NCBI GenBank assembly: GCA_003516025.1
Contig: CP023991.1
Location: 811,374-843,373, forward strand
Origin: Candidatus Saccharimonadota bacterium
Lineage (GTDB): Bacteria; Patescibacteriota; Saccharimonadia; Saccharimonadales; UBA4665
Direction: 5' to 3'
Length of the DNA stretch: 32,000 nt
A program made the position numbers and the translations under genes. The notes under the pieces are model-generated. The model did not search any database. It worked only from the letters and a program-made list of their open reading frames with translations, and was not told where the DNA came from. Each line of letters opens with the position of its first letter. Within the stretch, counting starts at the first letter, position 1. Of this stretch, positions 1 through 8,169 are shown piece after piece.

Positions 1-65
1 TGTATATTGTACAGCTATCCCTTACTTGGACTGTATGAATTCAGGCCTAAAATAGCTTAAACCGG

Positions 66-1376
66 CTAAATCTGGCTGCGGTTCTGCATGAACGGCCGAA
101 GCACTTCAGGAATTACCACGTGGCCGTCCTCGGTCTGGAAGTTTTCTACGATCGAGGCAATCACGCGGTTGGTCGCGAAGGCGGTGGCATCGTTGGTATG
201 TACCAGCTCTACCTGCCCATCCTTCAGTCCGCCGCTGCGCCGGATACGGGTCTTCAGATCGCGGGCCTGGTAATCAGTCATATAATCGGCCGTATGGGTT
301 TCACGGTATTTATTCTGGCCCGGGAACCAGCATTCAATGTCAATGCCGCGGGCGTTGGGCTTACCGATGTCAAAAGTACACTTTTGCAACACCTGGTACG
401 GCAGACCAAGTTGCTGAACTAGATATTCCTGAATCGCCACAAGCAGTTTGTGCTCATCAAGGCCGGTTTCCGGCGTACTGAAGACTTCCATCTCAAGCTT
501 GTCGAACTGATGCCAGCGAATCATACCTTCGGTGTCCTTGCCATAAGTACCAGCCTCACGGCGGAAGCTGGTCAAGCGCCCGATATAACGGATTGGGAAC
601 ATATCTTCCGGCAAAATTTCGTTCCAGTACATTGTACACAAAGTGTGTTCAGCTGAGGCGTTAAGCCACAGGTCGTCTTGCTCAAGCTTATAAGTGACTT
701 CTTCCGCGTTTAACCTGGCCGAAGCTTTGTAAGGTTCGGTACGCAGTACGGCTGGCGGCAATACCGGCGTAAATGGCTTGGCAGATATAGTGAGACCGTT
801 TTCTTCGATTAGTTTTTGTAATACGCGCTCATCGCCCAGTGTCTGCATCACGAACTGCTCGATTGCCATTTGCAAAAGTACAAGGTCTCCCTTGATATAA
901 CCGAAGCGGCTGCCGGCAATTTTAGCGGCCCGCTCCTTGTCGAGCATATCGCGCGGTTCAACAATCTCCCAGTGATTTTTTGGTTCGAAATTCCAGACCG
1001 GCAAATCACCGGCCACTTTGGCGACAACATTTTCATCCTCAGTGGCGCCGACCGGTACGTCTTCCAAGGGCATATTCGGCACCTGCTTCAGTAAAACTTC
1101 GTATTCTTCCTCGAGCGGCCCGATTTCCGCCTCCAGTTTACCGATTTCTTCTTTGAGCTGCTTGCCCTGCTCCAATTGCTCTGGGGTCGGTTTGCTACCC
1201 TTCATGTGCGATGATAATGTATTTCGCCTGGAGCGGAGTTCTTCGACTGAGGTTAAACGCGTGCGGCGCTCCGCGTCGAGTTCCAACAGGTGGCGCACAT
1301 CGACTGTATAGCCCTTTTGCTTGGACTTTTCCTCTACCAGTTCAGGATTGTCTCGGATAAATTGGATGTCTAACAT
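66..1376 (-). CDS. serS: Seryl-tRNA synthetase
   Basis: 436-aa ORF. The N-terminus MLDIQFIRDNPE plus a long coiled-coil arm is typical of SerRS. Class II motif 2 is present (LTSFRREAG). ATG start at 1376, TAG stop. Confidence 0.95.
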   Translation of the reverse strand: MLDIQFIRDNPELVEEKSKQKGYTVDVRHLLELDAERRTRLTSVEELRSRRNTLSSHMKGSKPTPEQLEQGKQLKEEIGKLEAEIGPLEEEYEVLLKQVPNMPLEDVPVGATEDENVVAKVAGDLPVWNFEPKNHWEIVEPRDMLDKERAAKIAGSRFGYIKGDLVLLQMAIEQFVMQTLGDERVLQKLIEENGLTISAKPFTPVLPPAVLRTEPYKASARLNAEEVTYKLEQDDLWLNASAEHTLCTMYWNEILPEDMFPIRYIGRLTSFRREAGTYGKDTEGMIRWHQFDKLEMEVFSTPETGLDEHKLLVAIQEYLVQQLGLPYQVLQKCTFDIGKPNARGIDIECWFPGQNKYRETHTADYMTDYQARDLKTRIRRSGGLKDGQVELVHTNDATAFATNRVIASIVENFQTEDGHVVIPEVLRPFMQNRSQI

Positions 1377-1383
1377 GCAAGTT

Positions 1384-1389
1384 ATTATA
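1384..1389 (-). promoter_or_regulatory. Putative -10 box (TATAAT) for serS, 7 nt upstream of the ATG; leaderless geometry
   Basis: The minus strand reads gcTATAATaacttgcATG. The -10 is a perfect consensus, there is no SD in the gap, and the -35 is weak. Confidence 0.4.
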
Positions 1390-1475
1390 GCTCAAGTAAT
1401 AGTTTCACGGTGATAATTATCCTATTACAGGTTCCCGCGCATTTATAGCGGAGTTTTAATGTGACAGATAAGACA

Positions 1476-2228
1476 CTAGATTGGACGCGCTACTACCTGT
1501 GCCGGCAGATTACGGTAGAACGACGGGATTTTAAGCGTATCCACGGCATCCACGGCGGGATCATGCCCGACTTCCATGCCGTTTAGATAAGCGCGGCCGC
1601 TTAATTCCGGAGAGACACTTAAAGAGTCATACGTGTCGGCTGGCGGCAACATATAGGTCATGGCCGCAGTCATAGGCAGATAGCCATCGTGTTCCGGTAC
1701 GGCCGCGATAGTCCCGCCTACGCCATACGATCGCCGGGAACCGAAACCATGATGATTGCCGCTGATGATCTGATGATTCGGTCCAAGACCGCGCTGTTGG
1801 TACACGCGGACCGTTTCTTCCGGATGGTCACAGATGGCATCATACAGTTCCGGATGGTCCGCTACGCTCAGATCGGACTTGATCGCTTCCTGGATAGCGG
1901 GCGTGCGCTTACCGACATCATGAGTGATCGCTGCCTGGGTGCCAATCACGGCGTCACGCCGCGGCAAGCCGATGCGTACCGCTTGGGCCGCGAACAGCCA
2001 GCCGGTCCGCAAACCGTGATCGTGCGTAGCTTCATCGCCCACTACCAATAATTCTGACAGCGCGCCGAGGACCGCCCGGTTACCTAATGAGCTGGCAAAT
2101 ATACGGTCATGTTGCTGTCGTTCCTTGAGAGATAACGCCAAAAGGTGGCCGTGAAAGCCGTAACCAGTCTCGGCAAGGTGAGCTGGTGCCTGAAGTGCTG
2201 AGGGAGTATGTTCCTGAATGATAGACAT
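1476..2228 (-). CDS. HD-domain phosphohydrolase, degenerate HD-GYP-like
   Basis: 250-aa ORF. Motifs THDHG and ITHDVGK resemble LHDIGK of HD domains. NHHGFGSRRSYG sits where HD-GYP proteins carry HHE..DGSGYP. ADTYDSL...GRAY resembles the ADxxDAL...R.Y tail. The assignment rests on motif recognition only. Confidence 0.5.
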   Translation of the reverse strand: MSIIQEHTPSALQAPAHLAETGYGFHGHLLALSLKERQQHDRIFASSLGNRAVLGALSELLVVGDEATHDHGLRTGWLFAAQAVRIGLPRRDAVIGTQAAITHDVGKRTPAIQEAIKSDLSVADHPELYDAICDHPEETVRVYQQRGLGPNHQIISGNHHGFGSRRSYGVGGTIAAVPEHDGYLPMTAAMTYMLPPADTYDSLSVSPELSGRAYLNGMEVGHDPAVDAVDTLKIPSFYRNLPAQVVARPI

Positions 2229-2258
2229 AGTAGCTATCCATGATGGATATCTTTATAT

Positions 2259-2287
2259 ATTATAACACAGTTCTTACGCTTTTTCAA
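2259..2287 (-). promoter_or_regulatory. Sigma70-type promoter for the HD-domain gene (TTGAAA, 17 nt, TGtTATAAT)
   Basis: The minus strand reads TTGAAAaagcgtaagaactgTGtTATAAT. -35 is at 2282-2287 and -10 at 2259-2264, with an extended TGn. This leaves about 24 nt of leader before ATG 2228. Confidence 0.55.
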
Positions 2288-2310
2288 TAGGCCACAGAGA
2301 CGCTCGGGTT

Positions 2311-3123
2311 TTAGCCCTGCACCGGTTTGGCTTGTGCTTGCTTGGCCTTTTGAGCCTGCAATGCTTTCATGGTTAACTCCATGCGCTGTTTGGCATAGCT
2401 GCAGAACTCGCAAGGACCGCCCATGATGCTGTCGCCCATGGGCGGCATGTCATCGTTATCCATGCAGGCTTTCATTTTTTGCACGGTTGGCTCGACCCAA
2501 CTGTCGTCACCGGTATAGGGAATAAGCTTAGTCTTGAACTCGATCTTGTCAAAAAAGCCGTCCAGATCCATGCGGCCGTTGGTATACACGAAATAGCCGG
2601 TACTGGATACCGGTAAGCCATTTTGGCGCAATAACCACTGATAGACTTCCATTTGGCGCTTGTAACTGATTTGCCAGTCAGAGTCGATGGATACATCCTT
2701 GTCCTTGGCAGTTGCCTTGTAATCGACCACCATCACTTCGCCATTAGGACTGACCCACAGGTCATCGACGGCACCGAACACCAACAAATTGGTTGGCGCG
2801 TGATGATACTGTACACCCACAAACGTTTCACGCCAGTCGTCCAGCTTGTCGTGAGCGAATGGGATCGCCGGCACGCTGTACTCAGTCATGATCGGGTGCG
2901 GCTCACCTTTTACGCGGTAGGAGTCAAACTCTTTTTTAAATAGCTCGTCGATAGCCTTGTTGATATTGAAAGGCGGACTGTTAGGCCGGGTGATCTTAAG
3001 ACGCACATCCAGCCAAAAACAGCGTGGACACTGCATAAACAGCTCGATTTTACTGCGGCTGACCTTGAATGGCGCCGACTGGCCAGGCTTATACGGCTGG
3101 CTCCGTTCCCTCCAATAATTCAT
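2311..3123 (-). CDS. PD-(D/E)XK nuclease, RecB/Cas4-like, with Cys cluster
   Basis: 270-aa ORF. It carries RecB-family nuclease motifs GAVDDLW (D), VVDYKATAK (D/E-x-K) and QMEVYQWLL (QxxxY). There is an N-terminal CPRC and a C-terminal C...C-EF-C, as in the Fe-S clusters of Cas4/AddB nuclease domains. Confidence 0.65.
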   Translation of the reverse strand: MNYWRERSQPYKPGQSAPFKVSRSKIELFMQCPRCFWLDVRLKITRPNSPPFNINKAIDELFKKEFDSYRVKGEPHPIMTEYSVPAIPFAHDKLDDWRETFVGVQYHHAPTNLLVFGAVDDLWVSPNGEVMVVDYKATAKDKDVSIDSDWQISYKRQMEVYQWLLRQNGLPVSSTGYFVYTNGRMDLDGFFDKIEFKTKLIPYTGDDSWVEPTVQKMKACMDNDDMPPMGDSIMGGPCEFCSYAKQRMELTMKALQAQKAKQAQAKPVQG

Positions 3124-3130
3124 TAGCTTT

Positions 3131-3139
3131 ATTATAGCA
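3131..3139 (-). promoter_or_regulatory. Extended -10 (TGcTATAAT) 7 nt upstream of the nuclease ATG; leaderless geometry
   Basis: The minus strand reads aaaaaaTGcTATAATaaagctaATG. There is no SD. Confidence 0.5.
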
Positions 3140-3193
3140 TTTTTTGGACTTTAAGATAATGCGCTACCGTTGAAGTCAGGTCCTCATGCATGG

Positions 3194-4450
3194 CTACGGC
3201 TTTTTCCGTAGGACAGCCAGCGTTTCAATATGCGGCGTGCGGGGGAAGAAGTTATAGGCTTCAAAAAACTCAACTGAATATTTTTCCTGCAGTTTTGCCA
3301 GGTCGCGGGCCTGAGTCGATGGATTACAGCTCAAATAGACTACTTTTTCTGGCAGTACTTCCAGTACCTGCTCCACGACCTTATCGTGTAAACCGGCGCG
3401 CGGCGGGTCAAAAATAACCGGTTTGTCACCGGTGATGTAGTCCAATACTTTTTCAGTCGAAGCTTCAATAACGTTAACTACCATTTGTTCACTGGCTACG
3501 CTGGCGTTATGCGAGGCCATGCGTACAGTTGCCGGATCCAGCTCCACAAGATCCACTTTTGCGCTGGCCACGCTCAAGCCAATACTGCCAACACCGGCGT
3601 ACATATCGGTAACTTCCGGCTCGGTTACATATTCCCTGATGCGCGTTAAAGCTTTTTCGAAAACCGGAACGTTTACTTGAAAGAATGAATCGACGTCGTA
3701 TATAAATGGTTTATCGAGTAAATTGTCCTCAAGCAGTACGTCACCAAGCTCATACAGCAGCTCCGTAGGCACTGACGCCGGGCTTTTAGGGTTGGAATAG
3801 TACACCCTCAGCCCCTTCAACTCCTCAGGAAGCGCCAACTTCTCAAAATCAGTACGCTTCGTGAATAGCGAGGCGACCGCGTCACCGGCCTGGTTGCAGC
3901 GGACAATAACTGTTTTGAGGTCACCCGCCCGGGTCCGTAACGAGTCGAGCTGCGCGGCGATAGCGTTCGCCGCCCGGTCGATAGCCGGCAGCGCCAGCTT
4001 ACTACCCAGCACGATCTGTTTGCCATGCGAGCCGCGCTGATGCAGCGCCAGGTGTAGCCCGTCTTCGTCACCCCAAAAGCTGTATTCCATTTTATTGCGG
4101 TACTGCCACTCAGTTTCCGGCGCCCGCAGCTCAAACGGTGGAATGGAAACTTTTTCACGCTGGAAAAGTTCGGTCGTAATGGCCTGCTTAGCCAGGTTTT
4201 CGGCGGCATACGTCATAATTTGCCATGGCGAGGTCGCCAGATAGTTCTCTTCCTCGGCAGTAATCCGGTCCGGCGAGGCGGCTACGACCTCTTCGGCAAT
4301 TGCTTCGACGTAGGACTTTTTCTTCTTAATAACCCGAATTCGCACGGTTTCACCCGGCAGCGCGTTCCATACGAACACTTTACGCCCGTCGGGCAGTGTA
4401 CCGAGGCCTTGGCCTCCAAAAACCAGCTTTTCGATTGTCACTTCGTCCAT
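3194..4450 (-). CDS. TRAM-domain 23S rRNA (uracil-C5)-methyltransferase, RumA/RlmD family
   Basis: 418 aa. It has an N-terminal TRAM-like domain (GQGLG...VFVWNALPGETV), FFQVN, SAM motif DMYAGVGSIGL, DPPRAGL, and the catalytic Cys context YLSCNPSTQARD. Confidence 0.85.
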   Translation of the reverse strand: MDEVTIEKLVFGGQGLGTLPDGRKVFVWNALPGETVRIRVIKKKKSYVEAIAEEVVAASPDRITAEEENYLATSPWQIMTYAAENLAKQAITTELFQREKVSIPPFELRAPETEWQYRNKMEYSFWGDEDGLHLALHQRGSHGKQIVLGSKLALPAIDRAANAIAAQLDSLRTRAGDLKTVIVRCNQAGDAVASLFTKRTDFEKLALPEELKGLRVYYSNPKSPASVPTELLYELGDVLLEDNLLDKPFIYDVDSFFQVNVPVFEKALTRIREYVTEPEVTDMYAGVGSIGLSVASAKVDLVELDPATVRMASHNASVASEQMVVNVIEASTEKVLDYITGDKPVIFDPPRAGLHDKVVEQVLEVLPEKVVYLSCNPSTQARDLAKLQEKYSVEFFEAYNFFPRTPHIETLAVLRKKP

Positions 4451-4455
4451 GATGC

Positions 4456-5079
4456 TTATAACTCTTCTAGGATGCGGATAATATCCGGCCGTTCATGCGC
4501 CAGCGCGGTGGGGTGCATACTTTCCAGGAAACTGGCGCTGGCAAAGCCCCACGTAACGGCAATCACCCGCATACCGACGGCTTTGGCGGCCAGTACGTCA
4601 CGGGTTTCATCACCGATGTAAATACAGTCTTTCATCTTAAAATTGTTAGATTTTACCACCCGGCGCAGAATGCGGGATTTACCCAGCAAGCCGGCGTTGC
4701 CCCGCACTTCGGTGAAATACTTATACAAGTGATGCTGCTTGAGGAATTTGCGTACATTGCGCTTGCTGTTACTGGAAACAATCATCAGCTCATGGCCCTC
4801 GGCGTGGAGTTGCTCGATAACCTTGCCGATACCTTCGAACACCGGTATTTGGTCCATACGGCGGCCCATCATATGGCGGCCGCGGGTCAGTAAAAACGGT
4901 ATCTTCCACATTGGAATACCAATGTGTTTAGCCACCGCCTGCAACGACTGGCCGCGCAGCTCGGCCATCTCTTCGTCGCTCACTTTTTCACGCTTGCCGG
5001 TAATACTTCCGAATATATCGACAATAACGTCAAAACTGTCGGCTATAGTGCCATCGAAATCAAAAATTACTGTCGCCAT
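4456..5079 (-). CDS. HAD-superfamily hydrolase (phosphoglycolate phosphatase-like, subfamily IA)
   Basis: 207 aa. Motif I is DFDGTIADS, motif II SSNS, and motif IV YIGDETRD. Confidence 0.8.
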   Translation of the reverse strand: MATVIFDFDGTIADSFDVIVDIFGSITGKREKVSDEEMAELRGQSLQAVAKHIGIPMWKIPFLLTRGRHMMGRRMDQIPVFEGIGKVIEQLHAEGHELMIVSSNSKRNVRKFLKQHHLYKYFTEVRGNAGLLGKSRILRRVVKSNNFKMKDCIYIGDETRDVLAAKAVGMRVIAVTWGFASASFLESMHPTALAHERPDIIRILEEL

Positions 5080-5131
5080 GTATTAGTGTCTATTATAGCG
5101 TTTAGCGCCTAAATACCGAACCTTTTGTAGC

Positions 5132-5806
5132 TTATGCTCTGCTGGAACCGCCAAATAATCGCCGGGACACAACCTCGCCGATTGAACGGTGCGTAGGCTT
5201 GAGAGACCGTGAGGCTACAATTCTGTTAACGAGATCCTGTTCGGTTTCCGGGGTCAAGTCAGGTGTTTTATGAATAACCAGTGTTGGATAAAGTGCCCGG
5301 CGCTCTAGGCCGGTCATGCCTGCGCCGTCGTGGTGCCATAGAAAAGCTACGTCGTCATTAAAACCTGCCAGAGCTTTTTCGAGCCTGACATTCTTAAACA
5401 CCGGGTTAAGCAGGATATAACCCTTGGTTTGATCACGATTCTCATCGGCCGTGCGCGTTATTCGAATCATCTCATGAATGGTCGCCGGTATGTCTTCCAT
5501 AGGAATGTGCTGCAAGCCAAATTGACACATAGCAGAGTCAAATGACTCATCGGCAAATGGCAGCTCTTGCGCCAGACCCGCCACATAGCCTTCTCTGCCA
5601 CTGTATTCAGGGCGAGCATAGGCCGGATCGACCGAAACTATATCGGTGGCGACACCATAGAGCTGCAAACTGTCATGTAACCTGGTATCGCCGGCAGCTA
5701 CGTTGAGAACACTGCCGACCTGGCCAAAAACTTCATGGTAGAGGTTAGCGGCCATACCGTCGTGCGCGGTGACTGGGGTAACTTTGTCATATGAGTATTC
5801 TGACAT
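5132..5806 (-). CDS. Class I SAM-dependent methyltransferase (type 11-like)
   Basis: 224 aa. LNVAAGDT is a motif I variant. DIVSVDP is present, and LPFADESFDSAMCQFGLQHI is typical of the Methyltransf_11 post-motif II region. Confidence 0.6.
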   Translation of the reverse strand: MSEYSYDKVTPVTAHDGMAANLYHEVFGQVGSVLNVAAGDTRLHDSLQLYGVATDIVSVDPAYARPEYSGREGYVAGLAQELPFADESFDSAMCQFGLQHIPMEDIPATIHEMIRITRTADENRDQTKGYILLNPVFKNVRLEKALAGFNDDVAFLWHHDGAGMTGLERRALYPTLVIHKTPDLTPETEQDLVNRIVASRSLKPTHRSIGEVVSRRLFGGSSRA

Positions 5807-5815
5807 AGTCAGTGT

Positions 5816-5824
5816 ATATTAACA
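5816..5824 (-). promoter_or_regulatory. Extended -10 (TGtTAATAT) 9 nt upstream of the methyltransferase ATG
   Basis: The minus strand reads TGtTAATATacactgactATG. There is no SD in the gap. Confidence 0.45.
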
Positions 5825-5833
5825 TAAGCTTGA

Positions 5834-6322
5834 TTATTTTTCAAGTGAAGCGTATGGTATATGGCACATGCCCCGGCCGGTCTTTTCGGTGAATTTTTGA
5901 TGGTATTCTTCGGCGCGGTAAAATGGCCCGGCTTTTTCAATTGCGGTCACGATTGGCTGATCGTACTGCGACTGGAGCTCATCACGAACGCGTTCCGCGG
6001 TTTCCCGCTGGATATCAGTTACATAGAATATAGCCGAACGATATTGGTCACCCACATCCGGCCCCTGGCGGTTAAACTGTGTCGGGTCATGTAGGCGGAA
6101 GAAATGGCGGCATAAATCCTCGAAGCTGATCTGGCTGGTGTCAAATTCCAGTAGAACAGCTTCGGCATGGCCGGTAGTATGGCTGCATACTTCTTCATAG
6201 GTAGGGTCTTCCATTTCCCCGCCCGTATAGCCAACGGTGGTCCCGGTAACGCCTGGAATTTGATCCAGGTAATACTGGACTCCCCAAAAACACCCTGCTG
6301 CAAAAATGGCTTCTTCCATCAT
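5834..6322 (-). CDS. msrA: Peptide-methionine (S)-S-oxide reductase MsrA
   Basis: 162 aa with the GCFWG active-site motif. The SD AAGGAG (6326-6331) sits 3 and 6 nt from two tandem ATGs, so the second ATG (6319) may be the real start. Confidence 0.93.
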   Translation of the reverse strand: MMEEAIFAAGCFWGVQYYLDQIPGVTGTTVGYTGGEMEDPTYEEVCSHTTGHAEAVLLEFDTSQISFEDLCRHFFRLHDPTQFNRQGPDVGDQYRSAIFYVTDIQRETAERVRDELQSQYDQPIVTAIEKAGPFYRAEEYHQKFTEKTGRGMCHIPYASLEK

Positions 6323-6383
6323 AGTCTCCTTGTACCATCAGCATAGCATGGTGCCATCCTCTGTTAATCGGGATATTTCACAG

Positions 6384-6686
6384 CTATTCGGTTACGGTAA
6401 CGTCACGCCAAAAGGCCACATAGCCACTAAAATCTTTATGAACCTTCTCGATAGCACTTTCGTAAGGTTCCGGGTATGCCCAGGCGTTATCCTGACTCAC
6501 ATTATCACCTTCTGCGATGTCGTAGTACTGGCAGACACCTTTCCAGGGGCATGTGTAAGGAGTCGGGCTTTCGCGTAAAAGCTCCGTCTTTACGCTGGAC
6601 GGTGGAAAATACCAGTTCTGTTCAATGTAAATGAGGTCTTCTGTCGGCGCCTCCGCAACTGTTTGGCCGTTCCATACTGCTTTCAT
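6384..6686 (-). CDS. DUF427-domain protein
   Basis: The ORF track extends to 6752, but AAGGAG (6694-6699) sits 7 nt upstream of ATG 6686 (MKAVWNGQ...). The motifs NWYFP and CPWKG.CQYY are typical of DUF427. Confidence 0.7.
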   Translation of the reverse strand: MKAVWNGQTVAEAPTEDLIYIEQNWYFPPSSVKTELLRESPTPYTCPWKGVCQYYDIAEGDNVSQDNAWAYPEPYESAIEKVHKDFSGYVAFWRDVTVTE

Positions 6687-6745
6687 GATTTTACTCCTTA
6701 TATCCGTATTATACGCTTGTACATTTACTATTTTATGTCCTACTA

Positions 6746-6774
6746 TTGACAATTTATCATACTTATGGTAATAT
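6746..6774 (+). promoter_or_regulatory. Near-consensus sigma70 promoter (TTGACA, 17 nt, TGgTAATAT) for the surface-protein gene
   Basis: TTGACA is at 6746-6751, followed by a 17-nt spacer and TAATAT at 6769-6774, which is preceded by TGg. The downstream leader ends in GGAGG (6828-6832), 9 nt before ATG 6842. Confidence 0.6.
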
Positions 6775-6841
6775 GTATTTGTTCAACTGTTGTGTGGCCC
6801 GTGAGAGTTAATTAAAGGGCTACAAGAGGAGGTGGAACGTT

Positions 6842-7537
6842 ATGAGTACTATGTCTAAAGTAGTGTCCGCAGGTGTTTTAAGTGTTGTAGTTGCCGGTTC
6901 TATTGCCGCTCCTGCTTTTGCTTGGCACCCTAAGGGTATGATCAACAAAACTGTTCAGAACGTTACTGCTGGTACCGCTGTAAGCGATGCCAACACTGCC
7001 ACTGCCGCTGTAAGCGCCAAGCCTGGCGATATCCTGAAATATACCATTACCGTCAGTAACACTGCCGAAGCAGCTGACCAGCACTATAACGATTTGGCCC
7101 TTACGGTCATGACCGATCAGTTGCCTGTCGGCGTCGAGTTGGTCGACAGCCCTGCCAAACGTACTATCACGGAAAACATGGGTACTATCCTTCCGGGCAA
7201 AAATGTCAGTAAAACATATACCGTTAAGGTTACCAGCACCACTAATGGTGCCGTAATCGAAAACAAGGCTTGTTTTACCGCTGACAGCGTCGTAAAAGAC
7301 AACCCGCAAAAAGGCTGTGATACCGCCGATGTGAAGGTAACCGTACCTCCAACACCAGTTACTCCAGTAACCCCAACAACTCCTACCACTCCTGAAACCC
7401 CAGTCGTTACTCCAGAACAGCCTGCTGTCCTGCCAAACGCTGGTATGGGTTCAAACATTGCCATCTTTGCCCTTGGTGCTACGGTACTTGGCTACGCGGC
7501 TTCTATGCTCCGCAGCAAGTATCGCCAGACGGCCTAG
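6842..7537 (+). CDS. Secreted cell-wall-anchored surface protein (DUF11-like repeat domain, Pro/Thr linker, LPXTG-like LPNAG sorting signal)
   Basis: 231 aa. It has an N-terminal signal peptide (VVAGSIAAPAFA) and a DUF11-like segment PGDILKYTITVSNT...LTVMTDQLPVGVELV. A PT-rich linker follows. The C-terminus is LPNAG, then a hydrophobic stretch, then an RSKYRQTA tail. Confidence 0.75.
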   Translation: MSTMSKVVSAGVLSVVVAGSIAAPAFAWHPKGMINKTVQNVTAGTAVSDANTATAAVSAKPGDILKYTITVSNTAEAADQHYNDLALTVMTDQLPVGVELVDSPAKRTITENMGTILPGKNVSKTYTVKVTSTTNGAVIENKACFTADSVVKDNPQKGCDTADVKVTVPPTPVTPVTPTTPTTPETPVVTPEQPAVLPNAGMGSNIAIFALGATVLGYAASMLRSKYRQTA

Positions 7538-7556
7538 ATTTACCCGTCCTTACTCT

Positions 7557-7590
7557 AAAAATACCCTGGTTATATAGCTAGGGTATTTTT
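7557..7590 (+). terminator. Rho-independent terminator
   Basis: The sequence is aaaaATACCCTggttatatagctAGGGTATttttt: a 7-bp stem followed by a T-run, 20 nt after the stop codon. Confidence 0.7.
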
Positions 7591-7609
7591 ATGCGTCACA
7601 GCAACTTTC

Positions 7610-7638
7610 TTGCAATTCCTGCCGTAACGGAGTAAAAA
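7610..7638 (+). promoter_or_regulatory. Putative promoter (TTGCAA, 17 nt, TAAAAA) ending 6 nt before ATG 7645
   Basis: TTGCAA is at 7610-7615 and TAAAAA at 7633-7638. The alternative reading is GGAG (7629-7632) as a distant SD, 12 nt upstream. Confidence 0.4.
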
Positions 7639-7644
7639 ATACTT

Positions 7645-8169
7645 ATGAACAGTTTGTGGACACCTGAAGTTGAACCGCCCCAGGTTACCCAGGCAGCAGA
7701 AGCAGTAATTTTGCAGCAAACGTTAGAACATGGAGCTGTCGCCGTTGCCAAGGAAGGATACAAACTAATCCGGACAGATCATGAACCTCTCGTAACGTAT
7801 CTGGATGCGCTAGGTACGGTACTGGACGGACAATCCGCAGAAGGAATGTGGCCGTCACGCATCCTTAAATTAGGAGCTTCTATTAGCGCCTTGGCGTATC
7901 GTGAAACAGGATATTTTCACGCTATCGATACCGAAGCCCTGGAAGCCGGCGAACTGAAAGCACGACCGCTTGGCATACCAGAGGCGTATGCTATCAGTTA
8001 CGTACTTGATCCTGGCCTGCAATCATTAACTGTCGCCGTGAGCGAAGTTCCTGAATTCACAGAAGGCGCAGTCGTGGACAGACGCGACAGCGGCGGTTTT
8101 GAACAAGTCATGAATATAGGAGCCGGATGCGTCCGGCATTACTTGCAGCAGGCCGTACACGCTGCTTAG
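7645..8169 (+). CDS. Hypothetical protein (174 aa, acidic, no recognised domain)
   Basis: Clean ORF with a plausible promoter. It has no signal peptide or TM segment, and I recognise no motifs. Confidence 0.5.
   Translation: MNSLWTPEVEPPQVTQAAEAVILQQTLEHGAVAVAKEGYKLIRTDHEPLVTYLDALGTVLDGQSAEGMWPSRILKLGASISALAYRETGYFHAIDTEALEAGELKARPLGIPEAYAISYVLDPGLQSLTVAVSEVPEFTEGAVVDRRDSGGFEQVMNIGAGCVRHYLQQAVHAA

Noticed and set aside
1377-1475. T-box or other riboswitch leaders upstream of the aminoacyl-tRNA synthetase genes serS, lysS (10882-11036) and proS (13432-13465)
   Set aside because: The distance between the putative -10 and the ATG is only 7, 9 and about 20 nt. That is far too short for a T-box of about 200 nt, and no specifier or T-box sequence was seen.
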